Shown one piece after another: positions 1 through 8,860 of a stretch of DNA of 53,908 nucleotides (position 1 is the stretch's first letter; each line of letters starts with the position of its first letter). The DNA is from a virus (taxonomy: Duplodnaviria > Caudoviricetes). The notes under the pieces are model-generated. The model saw only the letters and a list, made by a program, of their open reading frames with translations, made no database searches and was not told the origin of the DNA. The stretch is taken from IMG/VR virus record IMGVR_UViG_3300025154_000129, positions 1 through 53,908 of that record; one strand, written 5' to 3'. The translations under genes and the position numbers were made by a program.

Positions 1-132
1 GAGTTGTTTTGATATAGCAAGGAAAATTAAATCCTTGTGCTTTCCTTCAATCGAAAGTTACAGAACGAACTTTGAGTCATTGTAGAATTTGACGAGAAGG
101 TTGCTAGTTTGTAGATATGAAAGGATGAGTCA

Positions 133-3100
133 GTGGCGAGAACATTAGATCTTGGTATTCTATTCAAAGGCAACGCCGGGGATCTCATCAATACGGTGAA
201 CAAAGTTCGTTCGTCTCTTCAAAGTTTGAAAAAAGATTTTGAAGATCTAAACAAAGCTGCGGGACAAACAGGGGAAGGATCTGATAAAGCATCAAAGGGC
301 TTTGATAAAGCAGGGAAAAGTTCAAGAAAAACGGGGGATGACCTTAACTATCAAGGTAAACAAATAGGAAAGCTTAGTGATAGTTGGTATCGTCTAGGCG
401 CTGCTATGAGAGTAGTTTTGAGCTATACGATAGCAGGAGGTTTGTTTTACGGAGTAATAGAAGGAGCCAAAAAAGCTGTTTCGGAAATTATAAATTTCGA
501 TCAGGCTTTGCATAACTTGATGGCTATTTCAGGTGCTACTCGCGGTGAAGTAGGGGCAATGGGTGACATAATCAAGACTCTAGGCTCTACTACTCGATAT
601 GGTGCAAAAGAAATAGCAGATGGTATGGTTTACTTAGCACAGGCGGGTTTCAGTGCTGAAGAGTCTTTGGTTGCTATTAAAGACATTGCGATTTTGTCTA
701 CAGCTACTCTGGAGAAGTTTGAAACTACAGCGGATCTGGTGACGACTACCATAAGATCTTTTGGACTTCAAGCTTCTGATACAGCCAGAGTTACAGATAT
801 TTTTGCAACTGCGATTAATAAGTCCAAACTCGATATTGACAAATTGAGGGTCGCATTTAACTATGTAGGTCCTTTTGCACATAAAGCAGGAATGACGTTA
901 GAAGAAACGGCAGCGTCAATGATGGTCCTCGCTGATGCAGGCGTGAGACAATCAACAATAGGTACAGGTCTTCGTCAGGTTATTGCTCGTTTGGCAGGAC
1001 CTAGTGAGAAATTACGAGAAATTTTTTCCAAGTACAAAGTTGACATGGACAAAGTAAATCCTGCTACGAGTTCTTTTGTAGATATTATCAAAGAGCTTGA
1101 GAAGGTTATTCCTAAAGCAGCCGAGTCAGCTACAGGTCTAGGCAAAGCAGTTCAATTGTTTGGTCTTCGTGGTGCTCCTATCATATCAATTCTTACAGAA
1201 ATAGGATCTGAGAGGTATCAAGAGATTCTAAATATGACCTTCAAAATGGGATCTGCTGCTGAAATGGCAGAAATTCAGTTGCAAGGTCTAGGTTCTATGG
1301 TAAAGCAGCTTGGTGATAAGATGGGAGTTCTAGCTATTACTATAGGAGAAGGGGGAGTTTCATCTGCTTTTCGTGTTCTTTTAGGTATTCTAAGACCTTT
1401 AGCTGATGCAATGATTTACATAGCAGGAACAGCAGTGGGGAAATTCAATATTGCAATGACAGGTTTGACAGTCACAATTCTTGCTCTATACGCGGCTTTT
1501 AAGTTCCTTGCCCTTTCTTTCATCGCATTCAACTTTGGAACAACGATCATAGCTGCAAACTCTGCTGCAAAAGCATTAGGTTTGCTTACTTTATCTGCTG
1601 ATGCTTGCACCCTGGCTTTTAGATCACTGTGGGCGACCATGTTAGCTCATCCTATTATTGCTATAGCAGCAGGTTTAGCTGCTGTGATAGTGGCAATAAA
1701 GACATATGCGGATCATACAAAACAAGCTGCCCTAGAAGCAGAAAAGATGATTGTCAAGCATAATCAGGTCATCACAACTCTTGAGGGCTATAAAGATAAA
1801 CTGAGTAAGGTTGAAAAAGGATCAGCTAAGTACCATTCAATTGTTATGGCTCTTGTGAAAGAATATCCCCAACTTGCTTCCGTCATGTTAGATACAAATG
1901 CAACAATTGATGATCAAAGACTTGCAGTTAATAAGTTAATAGAGGAATACAAAAAACTCAAAGGTCTTGATCTTGAAACAGTAATGAGAAACATGGGGAA
2001 GGAAATTGTTGCAGCCACTACTAGAATGGAAGGTTTGCAAGAGCTTATACAAAAGAGGGGACAAGTTCCGACTGCGGTAGATGTTTTACCTCAAACTTTT
2101 GAAGCAAACGAAGCTCAGTTGAACTCGTGGGCAGCAGAAGCAGGCAAAGCAAAAACAGAATTGGAAGCTTTGCAAATGCAGGCTATGGAGTTGGACAGAG
2201 AATACACAAAGCTGACAGGGAAGAAATTTGATTGGAGCGGAGTAAAACTCCCTGAAGATTTGTACAAAAAAATAGAGCAGTTGAATGAGATAGTCAAAAA
2301 ACATGAAAAGTACATGCTCTCAGATGAAGCTAAGTTACAAGCTCAAATAGAAATGCTAGGTCAATTAGGAGATGCTTGGGTACAATACTACAATAGTGTT
2401 TCAGGTGCGGAAAAAGTCGATGTGATGGAAGCCGCAGAAAAAACGAACAAAGCAATAGATGAAATGAGGTCTAATGCTGAAAATCAATTCCTTACAGAAT
2501 CCCAAATAGAAGCAAAGAGAAAAGACCTTGTTGAAGACGGTCTAAAAACTCTCATGAAGAGTAAGCAGAAGGAAATAAAAGAGGTAGATCGAGCGGAGAG
2601 AGAAAAATACAATCTCAAAGAAGCTTGGTTGAATATAGAATACATGCGTCAGGCTATGGAACTCACGGAGAACGAGCAAAATTGGAGAAAAATAGCTGAT
2701 GCAGAATTGGAAGTTCTGACGGAAAGATTGGCAAACAGACAAAGGCTTACAAAAGAATTATCAGAACAAAGAGATTCCATGACTCCTGATACTTATGCTA
2801 AGTTGATGGAGGATGCAGTAAAGGGAGAGTTTGAGGCGTTCAAGGCACTATATGCCAAAGACAAAGAAGTTGTGAAGAAAAATCTGGATGAGAAATTAGC
2901 GAAAGAAGTTGACTACTCCCGAGAACATGCACGAATTACTAAGCTCATGTTTGACAATGATTTGATAACACGTAAGCAGTATGATGAATATGTAAAAAAT
3001 ATGTATCTTCACAGGCACCAATACGATACAGAGTATTACAAACAAGGGAAGCTATCTGCCAAAGAATATTTTGATTATTTGCTTGAGCTAGTCAAACAAG

Positions 3101-3876
3101 AAGGTGAGTTCTCTAAAGAAGCCAAAGAACAAATGGCTACAGAGTTCGGGACTATGACAGAGAGAATAGCTTTAGGGTTTGATCGAGCTAGAGAGAAAAT
3201 GAAAACATGGGGGGAAACAATTGTAAGCATAAGTGAGCAGATTGGTGATAAAATAGCAGATGAAGCTGTAGGGGCACTGGATTTGTTCGGAGATTCTGCG
3301 GATTCAATGTCGGAGAGATTTGCTAACGCTGCACGAAACATATTGAAGTGGTTGGCAGAAATGATCATCAAGCAAACTCTGATGAATGCTCTTATGGGAG
3401 GTGCCGGGGGAGGGGGAGGAATATTAGGTTTAATAACAGGAGCTTTGGGAATGAGCGGGGGACTAGGTTACGACCCTGCTCTAGGAAAAACTGGTTTTGG
3501 TATCACTCCTTATCATCACAAAGGTGGAATATTAGGCAAAGAAGCTACATTCCAAAGAGCAATTCCTTTGTCTGTATTTGCTAACGCGAAACGTGCTCAT
3601 GAAGGTGCTATACTTGGGAAAGATGAGATTCCTTTCATTGGTAAAAAAGGCGAAGGTGTTTTCACTGAGAAACAAATGGAAGCTTTAGGATCTTTCAGTC
3701 AACCCACAGTCAATGTAAAAACAGAGTTCAAAGTTGATCCTAATTTGAAAATGAAAATAAAAGAAGGTCCTACAAGACAAGAACTGCAAACAACCATTAA
3801 AACCATTCATCTTCAAGCTCTTACTGAGGACGAGGATTATTTAAATATGAATAGGTCTTTCATTAGGGGAGGTTGA
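133..3876 (+). CDS. Tail tape measure protein (TP901-family core)
   Basis: 1247 aa, helical and Ala/Gly-rich; TP901-type core (TTRYGAKEIADGMVYLAQAGF, IGTGLRQ, LFGLRG), central hydrophobic segments, C-terminal H-x-GG / GEGVFT motif; first gene of the tail module. Confidence 0.92.
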   Translation: MARTLDLGILFKGNAGDLINTVNKVRSSLQSLKKDFEDLNKAAGQTGEGSDKASKGFDKAGKSSRKTGDDLNYQGKQIGKLSDSWYRLGAAMRVVLSYTIAGGLFYGVIEGAKKAVSEIINFDQALHNLMAISGATRGEVGAMGDIIKTLGSTTRYGAKEIADGMVYLAQAGFSAEESLVAIKDIAILSTATLEKFETTADLVTTTIRSFGLQASDTARVTDIFATAINKSKLDIDKLRVAFNYVGPFAHKAGMTLEETAASMMVLADAGVRQSTIGTGLRQVIARLAGPSEKLREIFSKYKVDMDKVNPATSSFVDIIKELEKVIPKAAESATGLGKAVQLFGLRGAPIISILTEIGSERYQEILNMTFKMGSAAEMAEIQLQGLGSMVKQLGDKMGVLAITIGEGGVSSAFRVLLGILRPLADAMIYIAGTAVGKFNIAMTGLTVTILALYAAFKFLALSFIAFNFGTTIIAANSAAKALGLLTLSADACTLAFRSLWATMLAHPIIAIAAGLAAVIVAIKTYADHTKQAALEAEKMIVKHNQVITTLEGYKDKLSKVEKGSAKYHSIVMALVKEYPQLASVMLDTNATIDDQRLAVNKLIEEYKKLKGLDLETVMRNMGKEIVAATTRMEGLQELIQKRGQVPTAVDVLPQTFEANEAQLNSWAAEAGKAKTELEALQMQAMELDREYTKLTGKKFDWSGVKLPEDLYKKIEQLNEIVKKHEKYMLSDEAKLQAQIEMLGQLGDAWVQYYNSVSGAEKVDVMEAAEKTNKAIDEMRSNAENQFLTESQIEAKRKDLVEDGLKTLMKSKQKEIKEVDRAEREKYNLKEAWLNIEYMRQAMELTENEQNWRKIADAELEVLTERLANRQRLTKELSEQRDSMTPDTYAKLMEDAVKGEFEAFKALYAKDKEVVKKNLDEKLAKEVDYSREHARITKLMFDNDLITRKQYDEYVKNMYLHRHQYDTEYYKQGKLSAKEYFDYLLELVKQEGEFSKEAKEQMATEFGTMTERIALGFDRAREKMKTWGETIVSISEQIGDKIADEAVGALDLFGDSADSMSERFANAARNILKWLAEMIIKQTLMNALMGGAGGGGGILGLITGALGMSGGLGYDPALGKTGFGITPYHHKGGILGKEATFQRAIPLSVFANAKRAHEGAILGKDEIPFIGKKGEGVFTEKQMEALGSFSQPTVNVKTEFKVDPNLKMKIKEGPTRQELQTTIKTIHLQALTEDEDYLNMNRSFIRGG

Positions 3877-3877
3877 T

Positions 3878-4336
3878 ATGGCTTACGATTCGTGGCCATG
3901 GAATGCCATAGCAGGGGGACAATACACCCCTGATAATTTTAAATGTAAATGGGTAGATAAGATATTTATCCAAGAAGCAGGATCGGGGCAAATTTCGACT
4001 GAGCCCATGAATACTGATGGTTACTGGGTTTTTTCAATGGAATTCAAATGTGTCTATCCTGAATCATTCATTGACTTCCTTAATTTTTACTATGCTCATA
4101 GAGGGGGATCTCCTTTTTACTTTCGCTTTCCTTTTGAATTAGCAGGATATCCTGAAGGTGCAGAAGAAGCAGAGCCGGGGGGCTTAGGCCCTTGGGCTTC
4201 AGAAGTAGCGATAGGTGCAGGAGAGTCTTTCACTAAATTAGTAATTTGGGAACAAGATGATCTTGAGTTTGAGCGTCATCCTACAAAAGAGAACTACTGG
4301 CAAGTAAACGGAACTGTAATATTGAGGCAAATATAA
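3878..4336 (+). CDS. Distal tail / lambda gpM-like minor tail protein
   Basis: Directly after the tape measure gene; FLNFYYAHRGGSPFYFRFP motif typical of gpM/DUF2460-like proteins. Confidence 0.55.
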   Translation: MAYDSWPWNAIAGGQYTPDNFKCKWVDKIFIQEAGSGQISTEPMNTDGYWVFSMEFKCVYPESFIDFLNFYYAHRGGSPFYFRFPFELAGYPEGAEEAEPGGLGPWASEVAIGAGESFTKLVIWEQDDLEFERHPTKENYWQVNGTVILRQI

Positions 4337-4953
4337 TGCTGCCTATACCGTCTAATGTAATGGAAGAAATGCACAAGCTACACAGAGATGGGAGTTTACT
4401 CTGCTTGATTTCTGTAGCCGAAGCTGACATATACCTTGCGAGAAATGTGAAGGATGTTGTTTGGAATAGTATTACTTGGTTGAAGAGTTGGTTTGAGATA
4501 GACGGGATCACTCAGGATGGTAATGAGTACGCTCCCACTATCCAAGTTCATTTCAGTAACATAGGTGGAGGGGTTGAGCAGACAATTAGAGATAATGATA
4601 TGCTCAAAAGAATGTGGGCAGAATTGTATGTTATCAACTCCAAACTACTAGAAGCCGATGAATACATTTTTTACTCTAAGTTCCAAATAAAGAAACCTAC
4701 AGTGAGCAGAGGAGTAGCTACTGTTGTTGCTGGTCTTGACAACCCTCTGACTTTGCCTTGGCCCTATTGGAAGATGCATGATAGTATTTGTCAGTATCCT
4801 ACTTTTCCTGGAGATCCTAGATGCCCTTATTCTGGGGAATTAACTACATGCCCAAGAACTTTACGGGGCTGTCTTGATCGACATGGAAATGCAAAATACT
4901 TTGGTGCTCAATTAGGTATTGTTAGATCAATACAGGATGATGAAGATTTATGA
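4336..4953 (+). CDS. Lambda gpL-like minor tail protein
   Basis: C-terminal Cys cluster CQY..CPYSG..CPRTLRGC..FG; synteny. Confidence 0.7.
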   Translation: MLPIPSNVMEEMHKLHRDGSLLCLISVAEADIYLARNVKDVVWNSITWLKSWFEIDGITQDGNEYAPTIQVHFSNIGGGVEQTIRDNDMLKRMWAELYVINSKLLEADEYIFYSKFQIKKPTVSRGVATVVAGLDNPLTLPWPYWKMHDSICQYPTFPGDPRCPYSGELTTCPRTLRGCLDRHGNAKYFGAQLGIVRSIQDDEDL

Positions 4954-5339
4954 AAAGTGAATTTGATCATCTTATCGGTAAGCCTTTCGGAGAGTACGGC
5001 AGAGGTCCTGATTTGTACGATTGTTGGGGTGTTGTTATTGAGTCAGGAAAATTGATGGGAGAAGATACTCCAGATTATTCTGATATTTCACACAATGAAG
5101 CTGATAAAGTTTGGGGAATCGTAAGGAAAACGCTCCCCGAGTACGAACAGATAGACAAGCCCGTCAGAAAAGCTATCGTTCTTTTCAAGCATGTTGACGG
5201 GTCTGCCCACTTCGGTCGTATGATAGATAAAAGATACATGATTCATACCAATGAAGAACTAGGATGCCATATATCTTCTGTAACTGATGGTTTGTATTCT
5301 AAACTGGTGAAGGGATTCTACCTGTGCAAGAAACAGTGA
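4950..5339 (+). CDS. NlpC/P60 tail assembly peptidase (gpK-like)
   Basis: GKPF..GRGPDLYDCWG catalytic Cys motif, HFG and IH His residues. Confidence 0.85.
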   Translation: MKSEFDHLIGKPFGEYGRGPDLYDCWGVVIESGKLMGEDTPDYSDISHNEADKVWGIVRKTLPEYEQIDKPVRKAIVLFKHVDGSAHFGRMIDKRYMIHTNEELGCHISSVTDGLYSKLVKGFYLCKKQ

Positions 5340-8300
5340 GAGTTGTAGTTATCCCATATCTTATCTCCCCTTCTAAAGATAGAGTTGTGTACAACTACCC
5401 TTGGAGATTAGGTCTTACTATTGATGAGGCTATAAGGCTAGGAAAAGCACATCTTGATAAGCTAGGTGTAGATAGGATTCATATTAGTTGTCAGGGATAC
5501 CCATCTTCGCCGGAACAAGAATTGCTCCCGAGCGATATGATCATAATCTCATCGTATCAAGGAGCCCCTGCAATTGCAGGACTTCTTGTTACTTATGCAG
5601 GAACGGCTGCTACTACTGCTATGGTTGTTGCCAATATTGCAGCGGCAGTTTTAACCATAGGAGCAGGTCTTCTTATCAGTTCAATCATGTCCCCGACAAT
5701 ACCTGAATCTCCAGGTTCAGAGAAAGCCACGTACGGTTGGGGAGGAATGCAAAACATGAATGCTTCAGGACTTCCTGTTCCTGTAGCATATGGAGAGTTG
5801 TGGAGTGCCCCTCCTATTATCGGAGGTTACAGAACAGTAGATGAAGACTACAATATGTGGCAGTTTATTTTGTTTGCTCTGAGTGCAGGCAAAACAAATA
5901 ACGTAATAACAGCAGATAGAGTACGAATAGGGGAAGAACTTTTAACGAGCTATGATAATTATGTTTTTGCGGCTACAGACGGAGATACAACCGTAGGAGC
6001 TTCTACAGTAACTACACTCTCCAATTTTCCTGATACAAAACATGATTTCTCGTATGACAGAAGACTGAGATACGACCCTAGAGCAAATGCAGTAGGCGTT
6101 TGTCTTTTGAATTTTAACACTGCAATATGGTCTATGGAAACAACTTTTTTAGATGGGGATTACGTTCTCCCTACTGTAGTTGGAGACTACTGCTACGAAT
6201 GTACGACAGCAGGAGATACAGATATAACAGAGCCTGTGTGGGGGACTACCCCTGGGGGAACAACATCTGACGGAACAGTTGTTTGGACTTGCAGGGCTTT
6301 AGCTTCTCCTTCAGATTGGACAGCGAACACAGCAAAGATTTCAGGGGATTACGTTACCTCTACTGTATCTAATGGGTATTGGTATGAATGTACTACACCA
6401 GGAACTACTCATGCTACTACAGAACCTACATGGGGGACGGTTGTAGGGGGAACAACATCTGATGGGGTGGATGTTGTATGGACTTGTAGAACAGCAAAAA
6501 ACTTACCTGTGCTTGATTCTTCAGGGAGAGGCTCACCTTGGACGAAATACGGACAAGCTGAGGTAAAACTAGATAGTCCTAAATGGGGAAATGGTTATAT
6601 TGATTTACCCGGAGAAGGGGACTACTTATCTACAGATGATTATGAAACTCTGCTAATGTCTCGCCCTGTTCAATTTGAATTTTGGGTTAAATTCCCTGAT
6701 TATAATAATAGATGTCTTTTTTACACAACTTCTACAGAAACAGAAGGAGAAGTTGTTACCGTAACGAGAGTTTTCTTCGGTTACTTGAGCAGCCAATTAT
6801 ATTTTCAATCTTCTCAAGTGAAGTACGAAGTCTCAAACCCTCCTGCGGGAGGGGTAGATAGTTTGCAGTGGTCGGTTATTTTTAGTTCTTCTGAAGACTT
6901 CACTCCTACATTGGATACTTGGTACTATATCAAAGGAACAGTTTCGTCAGGTCATCTAATTTATACAGGGGAGATGGGTGCCCCGGAGGTAACGGAAGGT
7001 GATTTCAAAATCCAAGTTGAGGATGATTTAGGAGATCTTGTAACTTTAATGACCGACAAGGATTTTTACATAGCAAATAACGACGCCAGACTAAGCGATG
7101 CCCCTGAAGATTACAGTTCTTTGTCCTATAAGAGTTATTATAACCAATACATAGGATATGGTAAGTATGTTCTATCGGGTGTTCCTACAGAAATCTATGG
7201 TCTTTGTAGTTTGGATTGCATTAGAATTACTAGAGGAACAGCTTATGATTTGACAGTTGAAGGAACAGAAGATGTCGTTCCTACGGAAGAGATTACAACC
7301 AATGCGACAACAGACTTCGCCGCTGCTTTCATTATTCAAACTCAAAGTAAATGCGATCATGTCAAAATAATATTGGAGTTCAGGGAAGGCTTAGGGCATG
7401 TAAGTAGTAACACAGGTAAAACAAGTGCGAGGTCTGTAGAATTCTCTTACCATTATAGAGTAACAGGAACTTCTACTTGGACAGAAAGTACAATAGTATG
7501 TGGAGCAGAAAGATTATCTTCTGTCCCTCGTTTTGAATTTCAACTTGATTTGCCTTCTCGAGATTTTTACGATATTCTTTTAGTAAGGAAAACATCTGAC
7601 CATGACAACGAAGATAATACGAAAGATAGTTCATGGTTAGTGTCGTTTCAAGAAATACTAGATTTGCAGCAATTATATCCAGGTATTCAGGTAATGGCTT
7701 TGGGTGTGAAAGCTAGTGACAAAGTATCTGGTACTTTAGGAACTGTAGTTGTTAAACACCAAAGAACTCTTATTACAGTCCCTACTTGGGACAATTCAAG
7801 TACCCAAGAAGTTGATCCTTCTGTCCCCGCATGGCAAATGTTTGATGCTTGCACAAATAGACTATACGGAATAAAACAGACACCTTCAGATTTAAAACGA
7901 ACCTCTTTTGAGGATTGGGAAGAATGGACAGAAGCTTTAGTTGTAGGAAATAGAAGAGCAACGTGCAATGTTGTCTATGATGAGTTGTCCAATTTCGCTG
8001 ATGGGTTTCTAAGAAACATCGAACAATGTGGAAGAATGAGAATACTAAGAGAAGGGTCTTTGTGGAAACCTGTTGTTGATAAACCCAGAATCTCTCAATA
8101 TGTATTTTCAGCAGGAAATATCCTTCCTTCAAGCAAAGGATCAAAAGATAGTTCTTGTAGTTGGTCAGGGTATGACGAAACTGAGAAGGTTGATGCGGTT
8201 ACAGTAACTTGGTGGGATGCAGATAAGTACGGAGTAAAAAAGACCACTGCACTTGCAAAAGCTTCTTGGTATGAAGAACTTTCAAGACTTCCTAAAGTTC

Positions 8301-8851
8301 AGAACGTAGAATTAAGAGGATGCAATAATGAAGATGAAGCAAATAGACATGCTCGATATCGCATTAATAAAAATGAACACATTACAATGCAAGGTTCTCA
8401 TAAAGCGGGCGCTCAATGCTCTGGCATAGAATTCGGAGATGTTTTTACTTTGCTCCCTAGTAGTTATAAATCTGTTTGGGGAGGAAATCTTGCGAGAGAT
8501 CATACAAGCGAATCAGCTTTATATGTGAATGGCGAGGTTAATTTGACATATCCTAGTGGAGAGACTGAAACCTCTTATTTGAGTGCAGCTAAATTGTTCG
8601 CTGTGGGAACAAGTGGAGAATATTGCAGTTATTCAATTTCTAGTATTTCAGGAAATGTAATAGAAATAGTAGGAAGCCATTCAGGAAACAGGGGAGATAC
8701 AGTAGGTATAGGCAGATTAACAGAAGACAGATTGACACAGCAGGTTACAAAAGTCAGTCATAATTTTTCTGCTAGGGAAGTTTCTTTTGAATGGTGTACA
8801 TATTCAGATGATGTGTTTTATTATGACGATTGGCCCGGCATTCCTATTTAA
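5324..8851 (+). CDS. Central tail fibre / tip attachment protein (gpI+gpJ-like) with inserted lectin-like domains
   Basis: GLPVPVAYGE motif, PAWQMFD, FSAGNI, GCNNEDEA J-like motifs; internal LamG-like segment and two Trp/Cys repeats. Confidence 0.82.
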   Translation: MQETVRVVVIPYLISPSKDRVVYNYPWRLGLTIDEAIRLGKAHLDKLGVDRIHISCQGYPSSPEQELLPSDMIIISSYQGAPAIAGLLVTYAGTAATTAMVVANIAAAVLTIGAGLLISSIMSPTIPESPGSEKATYGWGGMQNMNASGLPVPVAYGELWSAPPIIGGYRTVDEDYNMWQFILFALSAGKTNNVITADRVRIGEELLTSYDNYVFAATDGDTTVGASTVTTLSNFPDTKHDFSYDRRLRYDPRANAVGVCLLNFNTAIWSMETTFLDGDYVLPTVVGDYCYECTTAGDTDITEPVWGTTPGGTTSDGTVVWTCRALASPSDWTANTAKISGDYVTSTVSNGYWYECTTPGTTHATTEPTWGTVVGGTTSDGVDVVWTCRTAKNLPVLDSSGRGSPWTKYGQAEVKLDSPKWGNGYIDLPGEGDYLSTDDYETLLMSRPVQFEFWVKFPDYNNRCLFYTTSTETEGEVVTVTRVFFGYLSSQLYFQSSQVKYEVSNPPAGGVDSLQWSVIFSSSEDFTPTLDTWYYIKGTVSSGHLIYTGEMGAPEVTEGDFKIQVEDDLGDLVTLMTDKDFYIANNDARLSDAPEDYSSLSYKSYYNQYIGYGKYVLSGVPTEIYGLCSLDCIRITRGTAYDLTVEGTEDVVPTEEITTNATTDFAAAFIIQTQSKCDHVKIILEFREGLGHVSSNTGKTSARSVEFSYHYRVTGTSTWTESTIVCGAERLSSVPRFEFQLDLPSRDFYDILLVRKTSDHDNEDNTKDSSWLVSFQEILDLQQLYPGIQVMALGVKASDKVSGTLGTVVVKHQRTLITVPTWDNSSTQEVDPSVPAWQMFDACTNRLYGIKQTPSDLKRTSFEDWEEWTEALVVGNRRATCNVVYDELSNFADGFLRNIEQCGRMRILREGSLWKPVVDKPRISQYVFSAGNILPSSKGSKDSSCSWSGYDETEKVDAVTVTWWDADKYGVKKTTALAKASWYEELSRLPKVQNVELRGCNNEDEANRHARYRINKNEHITMQGSHKAGAQCSGIEFGDVFTLLPSSYKSVWGGNLARDHTSESALYVNGEVNLTYPSGETETSYLSAAKLFAVGTSGEYCSYSISSISGNVIEIVGSHSGNRGDTVGIGRLTEDRLTQQVTKVSHNFSAREVSFEWCTYSDDVFYYDDWPGIPI

Positions 8852-8860
8852 GGAGAAAAA

